Source: an uncultured Dehalococcoidia bacterium | GTDB taxonomy: Bacteria; Chloroflexota; Dehalococcoidia; Lucifugimonadales; UBA3495 | Reading direction: 5' to 3' | NCBI GenBank assembly: GCA_950072105.1 | Contig: CATMOE010000029.1 | Span: 1-43,651, forward strand | Length of the DNA: 43,651 bases | Part shown: piece after piece, positions 1-7,638 of the stretch | Layout: each line of letters opens with the position of its first letter | Numbering within the stretch: the first letter of the stretch is position 1 | Notes under the pieces: generated by a model | What the model saw: only the letters and a program-made list of their open reading frames with translations | Told to the model about the DNA's origin: nothing | Database searches by the model: none | Made by a program: the position numbers and the translations under genes

Positions 1-141
1 CAGCAACTCCAAGTCTTCCTTTCGCGGCCACTCTTCCACCACGATATCCATGTTGGTGATGGCCTGTATCATTTCGGACGGGATCTGGCGGTATGCCTGG
101 CGCACCAACCGGACGAACTCGCGGCGCGAAATGTTGATCAA
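1..141 (-). CDS. Possible zincin-like metallopeptidase family protein (Zincin_1/DUF1025 type), 5' part only; runs off the window edge
   Basis: Manual translation from TTG at 141 gives MINISRREFVRLVRQAYRQIPSEMIQAITNMDIVVEEWPRKEDLELL. The start overlaps the nfo stop (TTGA), and the N-terminus resembles this family. The HEXXH region is outside the window. Confidence 0.6.
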   Translation of the reverse strand, partial: MINISRREFVRLVRQAYRQIPSEMIQAITNMDIVVEEWPRKEDLELL

Positions 142-1007
142 CTACCCATACCCGGGTCCAAACCCGCCCGATGACGAATCGATTTCAAGATGTCTATGTT
201 CTGTTGGTCCGGACCTTTCCCTTCGAATCCTGGTACCTCCAGAAGGAAAGGAACTTCCCGGAAGGCTGGATGCCCCATGATCGTGGCGAAACCGGACTCG
301 CCGATAAATCCTTCGCCGATGTTGTCATGCCGGTCAACTCCGGAGCCGCAGGGTCGCTTGGAGTCGTTGGCATGGACGACCAGGAGATTTAAGACTCCGA
401 TGGTATCCTCAAACTCGCTGATCATGGCCTCGATACCCTCGGCAGAAGCCAGGTCGTAGCCAGCCGCTAAGCTGTGCTGGGTGTCCAGACAGACCTTTAG
501 CCGCGGACTGTTCACCCCTTCGATGATGCGCCCCAATTCCTCAAATTTTGCGCCGATGTGCTGGCCCATTCCAGCCATATTTTCCACTGCTAGGTAAGGG
601 CCGTCTGGCGAATCTTCCAGCACCCTTTTAATAGCCGCCACGGATTGGGCTAGAATAGCTTCATAACCCGCTCCTTTGTGGCTGCCCGGATGGAAAACGA
701 CACCTTCAGCCCCGATTTTCGCGGCAAGATTCATGTAATTGACCAGGGACTGGATCCCCCGCTCCAGGTGGGCTTCGTCGGCAGTTCCCAAATTGATCAG
801 ATAGATGGCATGTAGGAAGATGGAGTCTATTCCCGCCTCGGCCGCCTGACTCCGGAAAGACTCAATCTCCGGTTCAGGTATCGGCTTGAAGGCCCAACCT
901 TGGGGTGAAGAGCCGAATATCTGGATGGCCTCGCAGCCAATCTCCGCGGCTCGGGCGATCGACTTGCTTAATCCCCCTGCGGTGGAGACGTGGGCGCCGA
1001 TCTTCAT
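138..1007 (-). CDS. nfo: Endonuclease IV (AP endonuclease)
   Basis: Motifs MKIGAHVS, HAIYLINL, VFHPGS, ENMAG, CLDTQH, HANDS and DRHDNIG supply the trinuclear Zn ligands of endonuclease IV. Confidence 0.95.
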   Translation of the reverse strand: MKIGAHVSTAGGLSKSIARAAEIGCEAIQIFGSSPQGWAFKPIPEPEIESFRSQAAEAGIDSIFLHAIYLINLGTADEAHLERGIQSLVNYMNLAAKIGAEGVVFHPGSHKGAGYEAILAQSVAAIKRVLEDSPDGPYLAVENMAGMGQHIGAKFEELGRIIEGVNSPRLKVCLDTQHSLAAGYDLASAEGIEAMISEFEDTIGVLNLLVVHANDSKRPCGSGVDRHDNIGEGFIGESGFATIMGHPAFREVPFLLEVPGFEGKGPDQQNIDILKSIRHRAGLDPGMGS

Positions 1008-1046
1008 CTGAGACTCCTCTTAGTTATCAACTGTTCAAAGTTCGTT

Positions 1047-1081
1047 TGACCGCTGACCGCTGATGGCTGAAAGCTGACCGC
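1047..1081. repeat. Five tandem heptamers TGANNGC
   Basis: TGACCGC TGACCGC TGATGGC TGAAAGC TGACCGC, read directly in the nfo/dehydrogenase divergent spacer. Confidence 0.85.
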
Positions 1082-1104
1082 TCAAATTATACGCCAGCGC
1101 TGGA

Positions 1105-1133
1105 TTGGCGGCGCAACCTCTCAAGGATATAAT
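1105..1133 (+). promoter_or_regulatory. Putative sigma70-type promoter of the dehydrogenase gene (near-leaderless)
   Basis: TTGGCG-17 nt-TATAAT. The ATG lies 8 nt after the -10 box and there is no Shine-Dalgarno sequence. Confidence 0.55.
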
Positions 1134-1141
1134 CCAACCCC

Positions 1142-2179
1142 ATGATGCGTGCGTTATTCCTGGAAAAACCCGGCAGGCCGCCGGTCCTAGCAGTGAAAGA
1201 GACTCCTATCCCGTCCCCTGGACCGGGAGAGGTGCTGGTGGAGGTCGCGGCGTGCGGATTTTGCCACCATGACCTGCTGGTGATGGCCGGCGTCCTGCGG
1301 CGCGGGGTTAAGCCGGGAGTGATTCTAGGCCACGAGATATCGGGAATCGTGGCCCAAGTTGGCGAAGGGGCTAGGCTGGTCGAGAAAGGCGACCGGGTCG
1401 TTAGCCTACTGACCAACGCCTGCGGCCAGTGCGAACGCTGCTTGAACGGCCGGGAGCACCGCTGTCTCCACGGCCAAGGCATCGGCCACGGCCGCGACGG
1501 TGGCTTCGCCGAGTGGGTGGTGCTGAGTGAGTTCAGCCTGGTGAAAATACCCGAGTCTATCGATCTGACCGGCGCGGCCCTACTAGCTTGTCCCATGGGT
1601 GTGGCGTTACAAGCGGTTCAGCATGTGGCGGAGGTTGGCCCCGGCAATATCACCGTAGTCACCGGAGCTGGGGGCGGCCTGGGGATCCATGCATTGCAGA
1701 TCGCCGTTGCGTTGGGGAGCCGGGTATTAGCGGTGACCACATCGCCGGATAAGCTGGGTCGATTCGCGCCGCTGGGCGCCGAGGAAGTGCTCCACACGGG
1801 TGAGTTGGATTTTAGTGAAATGGTCTTGGCGCTGACAGAAGACCTGGGCGCCGAGGTAGTGATCGATACGGTAGGCTCTGTCCTCTTTCCGTCTTCCTTG
1901 CGCAGCCTGGCCCAATTCGGACGCCTGGTTTTATTGGGGGAAGTCGCCGGCAAACCGGTGGAGCTGAATCTGGCCGAGATAATCTTTCGGGACGCCCAAG
2001 TCCTGGGGTCATCGGGCGTTTCACGATCGGTGATCGAACAGGTCGCGGATATGGTTTCCAGTGGACAAGTAAAACCGGTGGTTGGAGGGTCCATGCCTCT
2101 GGAAGAGGCGGCAAGAGCCTTCGATCTGCTGTCCAGCAGAAGTGTTTTGGGGAGGCTGGTGCTTACCGCCCCAAGATGA
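1142..2179 (+). CDS. Zinc-dependent medium-chain alcohol dehydrogenase (MDR family)
   Basis: Catalytic CHHD and GHE, structural Zn site CGQCERC-x7-C, Rossmann motif GAGGGLG. Confidence 0.9.
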   Translation: MMRALFLEKPGRPPVLAVKETPIPSPGPGEVLVEVAACGFCHHDLLVMAGVLRRGVKPGVILGHEISGIVAQVGEGARLVEKGDRVVSLLTNACGQCERCLNGREHRCLHGQGIGHGRDGGFAEWVVLSEFSLVKIPESIDLTGAALLACPMGVALQAVQHVAEVGPGNITVVTGAGGGLGIHALQIAVALGSRVLAVTTSPDKLGRFAPLGAEEVLHTGELDFSEMVLALTEDLGAEVVIDTVGSVLFPSSLRSLAQFGRLVLLGEVAGKPVELNLAEIIFRDAQVLGSSGVSRSVIEQVADMVSSGQVKPVVGGSMPLEEAARAFDLLSSRSVLGRLVLTAPR

Positions 2180-3158
2180 CGCTCATCAGCGTCGTCGCGG
2201 TAGCCGATGTGGCCCGTCTGCCCCGTCCTATTAGCTTGCCGAGCTCGCCCCGGTCCCAAATCACGATGAACTGACTGGCGATGAAGATGGAACTATAAGT
2301 TCCAACCACGGCGCCGATCGCTACGACCAATAACAGCCCCCTGATACTGGGCCCCCCCATCAAAAGCAACGCCAGCAACACAAACAACGTCGTGAAGCTG
2401 GTGTTCAGCGACCGCCCCATGGTGTCCATGATGCTCATGTTGACCAATGTAGCCAGAGCCCGGTCAGGGAAACGAATGGTGTTCTCCCGGATCCGGTCAA
2501 ATACAACGATGGTGTCGTTCACGCTGTAACCGGCAACGATGAGCACTCCAACGATGAACATGGAATTTACCTCCATGTTCAACACCTTGCCCAGTATGGA
2601 GAACACTCCGATCACGATTATCACGTCGTGGACCAGGGCCAATATGGCGGCCACTCCGTACCGGTAGGACTTGGGAACACGGCGGAAGGCGTACCAGATA
2701 TACAGCAGAATGAAGACCGAAGCCGCCAGCAACGCAAAGAACGCGTTTATCACGGTCTCACTAGCGACGATGGGCGACACCGAATCGAATTTTATTTGAT
2801 CCCTCACCAATCCAAAGGAGTCTTCCAGGTCTTGCTCCAGAAATTCCCTTTCCGACGGAAGATCGCCCACCGGTTCCGCTAGAAGCTTGGTGCGGATGAA
2901 AAAGGAGCGCTCTCCGGTTCTTTGGATCAGGGCCTCGCTGTGTCCCATTTGGTTCATGCGTTCTTGGATCTGCTGCTCACTAACCGGCGAGTCAAAGCTA
3001 ACTTGCAATACCGACCCGCTGGTGAAGTCGATACCAGGGTTTAGACCCGACTCCCCCGAGGCCCAACCGGGAGGGACTATCAGAGAGATCAGACCCGGCA
3101 GGATAATAAACGCCGAGATCAGGAAGTACCAGCCTCGTTTGCCAACGATGTCAATCAA
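2163..3158 (-). CDS. secF: Protein translocase subunit SecF
   Basis: GIDFTSG, LVHDV, GYSVNDTIVVFDRIRE, RSLNTS and GTYSSIFIA; directly follows secD. Confidence 0.96.
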   Translation of the reverse strand: MIDIVGKRGWYFLISAFIILPGLISLIVPPGWASGESGLNPGIDFTSGSVLQVSFDSPVSEQQIQERMNQMGHSEALIQRTGERSFFIRTKLLAEPVGDLPSEREFLEQDLEDSFGLVRDQIKFDSVSPIVASETVINAFFALLAASVFILLYIWYAFRRVPKSYRYGVAAILALVHDVIIVIGVFSILGKVLNMEVNSMFIVGVLIVAGYSVNDTIVVFDRIRENTIRFPDRALATLVNMSIMDTMGRSLNTSFTTLFVLLALLLMGGPSIRGLLLVVAIGAVVGTYSSIFIASQFIVIWDRGELGKLIGRGRRATSATATTLMSVILGR

Positions 3159-3160
3159 TT

Positions 3161-5005
3161 TTAGCTCCCACCTACCGGGACGTCTCCGGTTCGGCGCAGA
3201 CGCTCTGGAGTGAACAAGTTTATCCGGCGGCCCAGGCCGATCCAGGCTAGAAGTTGAAGCAGATTACGGCTGACCACCACCGCCGTAAACATGCTGGCCA
3301 AAACGCCAATCATGAGACTTATCGCGAACCCGGTGATCAGCCCGCCTCCCAACCGGTCGCCAAACCAGATCAGCACGATACAAGTGATAAGGGTGGACAC
3401 GTTGCCGTCCCGGATGGCCGGCCAGGCCCGGTTGAACCCCACTTCCATGGATGAGGCCAGGGTACGGCCGATGCGCACTTCCTCTTTCATCCGCTCGAAG
3501 ATCAGCACGTTTGCATCGACGGCCATACCTATAGACAGGATGAAACCACCGATGTGAGAGAGGGTCAGGGTAATAGGTATCATCTTGAATAGCGCTAGGA
3601 CTATCAGCGAGTAGACCACCAGAGAGACCGCCGCGACCACTCCGGCCATGCGGTAGTAGGCCACCATGAACACCATCACTAGACCCAGGCCTATCATCCC
3701 GGCTACCAAGCTTTTTTCCAGGGATTCAGACCCGAGCAGAGCATCTACGTCGCTTTCTTGAATGATCTTCAATGGCACCGGCAGACGGCCCGACTCCAGT
3801 TGGATCGACCGAGTCCTAACTTCTTCCCGGGTGAAATTACCCGTAATCTCGCTACGGCCGTCCCGGATCCAGGCCCGGGAAACTGGGGCCAAGAGTTGCT
3901 CACCATCCAGAATTATCGCGATCCGTTTGGTTTCAACACCTACGATGCGCCTGGTCAATTCGGAAAAGATATCCGAGCCCCGATCGTTGAACTGGATGGA
4001 GATCGACCAACCCACTCCGGATGAATCCATTACTGGATCGGCTCGATCCAAGTCGTCTCCAGTGAGTCCTATATCGGCGTCCTCATAGCTTAGGCAAAAC
4101 CGGTCTGCGCAAGTCCGTTCTTTGAATTCCAACAGGGCCGTCTGCCCGATGAGGGCTTTGGCTTCGTCAATGCCGCTCACTACTTGGAATGAGTCGATCT
4201 TAACGCCTAACTGATCTCCTAGAGCCTGACGCAGTTGGGTCTTTCGCCCCGAACTTAACGTATTGGTCTTGAGCTTGAACCGACGGTTATCGTCTTGGTC
4301 CAAGGAATTGAACGGCATTTCAATCCGGGCCAAAACCGACAACAGATCTTCCATTTCAACCGGTTCGCTGAAGGTGACCCGGATGATTGAGCCGGTGGCT
4401 CCAGGCAACTGGACTAATATCCGGTCGTCGCCGATCGTTTGGATGATCGGCTCCTCCGTGCCAAAAGCGTTAACCCGGCGATTTATGATATCCAGCACAC
4501 CTTCCATCTGTTCCGGGGTGGGCGGGGGAGTTTCGATAGCCTGGAAGGTCTCCAAGCTGTCAAATTTCTCCTTCAGGCCCTTCTCCAAACGGTCTCGGGT
4601 GTCGGCGTCCAGATTATCAGAGGTTATTCGAAAGACGTTGTTCCCCTTAGATTTAACCGACACAGGGATCTTTAATTCGTTCGCGGCGTCGGTGATCTGT
4701 TTCGCGGTTAGGACTTCCCCGAAAACTACTTCCACTCGGATGGCAGTATCCGCCTGGTATACCAGATGCCCGCCGCCCCGCAGGTCAAGGCCCAGCTTCA
4801 AACCAAGCGGACCAGAGCCGCCTCGGTCTAATTGAAATAAACCGGGAATATTTATGCTGACTTCGCGAAAAGCCAGGGAAGCAACTGAAACCGCTAAGAT
4901 CAACAGAACCAGGAACGATAGCCGGATGCTCCTTTCCCTCGAAGAGGAAGGAAATAGCATCCACAGAATCGAGCCGAAAAATCCCCCTATCCACCTTCCC
5001 AGCAA
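3161..5005 (-). CDS. secD: Protein translocase subunit SecD, with two extra extracytoplasmic insertions
   Basis: LGLDLRGG, RRVNAFGTEEP, RILVQLPG, GRLPVPL, GMAVDANVLIFER and AIRDGN. Confidence 0.96.
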   Translation of the reverse strand: MLGRWIGGFFGSILWMLFPSSSRERSIRLSFLVLLILAVSVASLAFREVSINIPGLFQLDRGGSGPLGLKLGLDLRGGGHLVYQADTAIRVEVVFGEVLTAKQITDAANELKIPVSVKSKGNNVFRITSDNLDADTRDRLEKGLKEKFDSLETFQAIETPPPTPEQMEGVLDIINRRVNAFGTEEPIIQTIGDDRILVQLPGATGSIIRVTFSEPVEMEDLLSVLARIEMPFNSLDQDDNRRFKLKTNTLSSGRKTQLRQALGDQLGVKIDSFQVVSGIDEAKALIGQTALLEFKERTCADRFCLSYEDADIGLTGDDLDRADPVMDSSGVGWSISIQFNDRGSDIFSELTRRIVGVETKRIAIILDGEQLLAPVSRAWIRDGRSEITGNFTREEVRTRSIQLESGRLPVPLKIIQESDVDALLGSESLEKSLVAGMIGLGLVMVFMVAYYRMAGVVAAVSLVVYSLIVLALFKMIPITLTLSHIGGFILSIGMAVDANVLIFERMKEEVRIGRTLASSMEVGFNRAWPAIRDGNVSTLITCIVLIWFGDRLGGGLITGFAISLMIGVLASMFTAVVVSRNLLQLLAWIGLGRRINLFTPERLRRTGDVPVGGS

Positions 5006-5008
5006 GGG

Positions 5009-6553
5009 CTAACCTCCGGCCGACTTATCGTCGTTAGAAATTCCATCTTTCTCCAGGACCTTTGAGGCCAAAACAAACGCGTCATCACGGGTCGCAAGTT
5101 CTCCTACGGCCTGAGCCTCTTCTATCTGAGCTAACAGGTTGCCAATCAACGGTCCAGGCACTAGATGGAAACGCTCCATCAAGTCGAGGCCCGTGACCAG
5201 CCGTTCTTTTTGGGCGGTAGCCTCCGGCTGGGCGCCCAATTCCAAGATGTGCGCCACCATTCTAGCATGGACGGACCAAGCATCTGTATCAAGTTCCGGC
5301 CCTTTTGCGGCCAAATGGTCCGCCATCCACAGGAAAAGGGTGTCTATGGCAACGTCCCCCAAGTCGCGGAAGTACCGGTATACGGCCCGGGCCGTGGCCA
5401 ATTCCGCGCCTTGTTGCATGGTGGCCGGCCGCAGATGTTCTTCCACCATCTTGCATACGGCAGCGACGCCTCTTGCGCTCATGTGCAATTGGGTCAGCCG
5501 GGTCTCAGCAATCGCGGCCCCCAATTCCGGGTGGCCCGGAAATCTGGTGCGTCCGGTTTCGTCCATATGCTTTGTTTGAGGCTTTGCCACGTCATGGAGC
5601 AGGGCGGCCAGTTTCAGCACCGTTCGCCGGTTATGGCCGTCGCTGATCACTTGATTGAAGTATTCTTCCCTTCCCCCTGGCCAGGGTAGTTGGGTGTATA
5701 TAGGCGAATTGTGATGCCCTTTGGTTACCAGTTCCGCGAATTCCACCGCGTGCAGGGAATGGTCCCACACATCCCAATAATGTTCCTTAGGCTGATCAAC
5801 TCCCTTGGCATCGGCCAGTTCTGGAATAACGCGGCAGAGCAGATCCAAGTGGTCCAACACCTGAAGATATCCCCGTGCTCCGTCCATCGAAAGTATTCCC
5901 AGAAACTCGTTGCGGATACGGTCTCCGGATACCTGGGAAATCAAGGGAGCCGCCTCAGTTACCATTCGTACCGTTTCCGGTTCGAACCGGAATCGAAGCC
6001 GGGCCGCCAGATGCACCGTTCTAAGGAGTCGTCCCGGGTCATCTTGGAATACGTGCGGGTTGACGGCCCGGATGCACTTTTTCGCCAGATCCTGACGCCC
6101 ATTGAAGGGGTCCATGACCTTTTCCGCGAGTTCTGGCGACTCTATCGCTGGCCAATCCTGAAATGGAAGGGCCATGGCGTCGATGGTGAAGTCTCTTCGG
6201 GCTAGGTCCTCCTCAACGGTTCCGGTGTACCCCCAAAGATCAATGGTCCAGTCTTTCCCTTTTTCGTCTTCAGGAGATTCAGGGTCCGGACTCGGTACGA
6301 CTACCCGGGCAGCTCCGAAGGCGGTGCCTAAAGGTACGAAGGTTCCCCCTAGAAATCTGGCTAGTTCCCGTCCGATCTTCTGGGCGTCTCCCGGCAAGGC
6401 GATGTCCACGTCCCGTGCCGGCGTGGCCGACCGCAACGTGTCCCTCAGGTAGCCTCCTACCAAAACAACACCACTCTCTTGAGCAGCGAAAAACCCGCTC
6501 AATCTTTGGAGCATCGCGGAATGAGTCACCGGTGATTCGTCAAAATTTGTCAT
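5009..6553 (-). CDS. tRNA nucleotidyltransferase/poly(A) polymerase family protein with HD domain
   Basis: VGGYLRD-x-DVD, EDLARRDFT and DDPGRLLR; HD domain with H...LLHDVAKP...GH...H...D. Whether it adds CCA, CC or A cannot be determined by eye. Confidence 0.88.
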   Translation of the reverse strand: MTNFDESPVTHSAMLQRLSGFFAAQESGVVLVGGYLRDTLRSATPARDVDIALPGDAQKIGRELARFLGGTFVPLGTAFGAARVVVPSPDPESPEDEKGKDWTIDLWGYTGTVEEDLARRDFTIDAMALPFQDWPAIESPELAEKVMDPFNGRQDLAKKCIRAVNPHVFQDDPGRLLRTVHLAARLRFRFEPETVRMVTEAAPLISQVSGDRIRNEFLGILSMDGARGYLQVLDHLDLLCRVIPELADAKGVDQPKEHYWDVWDHSLHAVEFAELVTKGHHNSPIYTQLPWPGGREEYFNQVISDGHNRRTVLKLAALLHDVAKPQTKHMDETGRTRFPGHPELGAAIAETRLTQLHMSARGVAAVCKMVEEHLRPATMQQGAELATARAVYRYFRDLGDVAIDTLFLWMADHLAAKGPELDTDAWSVHARMVAHILELGAQPEATAQKERLVTGLDLMERFHLVPGPLIGNLLAQIEEAQAVGELATRDDAFVLASKVLEKDGISNDDKSAGG

Positions 6554-6733
6554 AGGATCTAGGTGGGTTTGACAGACGGTCGATGGGATATAATTCGTGG
6601 TCGGCGCGGAGATGGAATCAACCGCCCGGGATGGGTTGGCCAGACGGCGGATTGCCCAAAATCTGAAAAAACGCCGGGATGCCGGTCCACCGGTGGCAAT
6701 TATTTGGCAAGCCCCGGAATCAACGCTTCTTGT

Positions 6734-7318
6734 TTACTCTGGCTGTTCCCCCGCTTCTTGATCATCAGCGGCCGTTCCCCGACCGGACCCGGAATCTTCG
6801 CCCGATTCCTCCTCCTCCTCTTCTTCCTCTTCTTCCTCTTCTCCGTCCTGGGGTATCTTCCACAGGTCGTCAGGGGTGACCAAGTGGTCGATATACAGGC
6901 TTCCTTGCAGATGGCCGGTCTCGTGCTCCAAGGCTTGAGCTAGTAGCCCGTCGGCCTTGATGCGGATCACTTTCCCATCTAGACCGATCGCCCTGGCCCG
7001 GACGCTCACCGAGCGCTTGACCAATCCACGATATCCAGGAATGCTCAGGCAGCCTTCCACCACTTCCCTTTCTCCTTCCTGCTTGACGATCTCGGGATTG
7101 ATAAGTACCAACGCCTCTTCCCAGTCGGGTAGTTGAATCACCGCCACTTTCTGAAGGGACCCGATCTGGTTGGCCGCCAGCCCTACGCCCAACTCGGCGT
7201 GCATAGTCTCTATCATGTCATCGGTGAACTTCTTCATGTTCGCCGGAACCTTCCCGACTTTCCTGGCCTGCCGCCGTAAGATCGGGTCCGGTAAGATCCG
7301 CATGATCAAGACCGACAC
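6734..7318 (-). CDS. def: Peptide deformylase with acidic C-terminal tail
   Basis: GVGLAANQ, EGCLS and HETGH motifs; located after priA. Confidence 0.93.
   Translation of the reverse strand: MSVLIMRILPDPILRRQARKVGKVPANMKKFTDDMIETMHAELGVGLAANQIGSLQKVAVIQLPDWEEALVLINPEIVKQEGEREVVEGCLSIPGYRGLVKRSVSVRARAIGLDGKVIRIKADGLLAQALEHETGHLQGSLYIDHLVTPDDLWKIPQDGEEEEEEEEEEEESGEDSGSGRGTAADDQEAGEQPE
6806..6841 (-). repeat. Poly-Glu tract (12 GAA/GAG codons) in def
   Basis: The plus strand shows TTC/CTC triplet repeats; the translation has 12 consecutive Glu. Confidence 0.9.
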
Positions 7319-7448
7319 TGTTGTCTCCTCCCAATTGCTGGTTTGGATTGATCCGCGATCAAGACGGCTTTCTCAATCAATATCCGATTATATCCAAGGG
7401 TCTTTGCGGGTGTAAAGATTAGCGTACCCAATGTGCGGGTATATTTCG

Positions 7449-7584
7449 ATGTCATCCCGAGAGAAGCGCGGGGTCTCAGGCCTGATTTTAATTCGGCGAC
7501 GAGGCGTGGACATGACGCCTAACGGAAGCTCCCTGTTGTTGGCCTGAGATTCCTCACCAGCCTGCGGCAGGTTCGGAATGACAT
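7449..7584. repeat. REPIN/MITE-like inverted-repeat element (GTCATTCCGA...TCGGAATGAC type)
   Basis: Ends ATGTCATCCCGA / TCGGAATGACAT are 11/12 complementary. Inner pair TCTCAGGCC / GGCCTGAGA; internal hairpins AGGCGT-N7-ACGCCT and CCTGC-G-GCAGG. Confidence 0.75.
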
Positions 7585-7638
7585 GAGCAGTGGGCGCGAG
7601 GGAAACATGCACAAAGAGGAACATGCACATCGGATTAG

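Noticed and set aside
6598..6690. tRNA-Sec, another tRNA, or a ZTP riboswitch
   Set aside because: There is no cloverleaf or UCA anticodon arm, no CGCCUGGGC 3' element and no downstream plus-strand gene.
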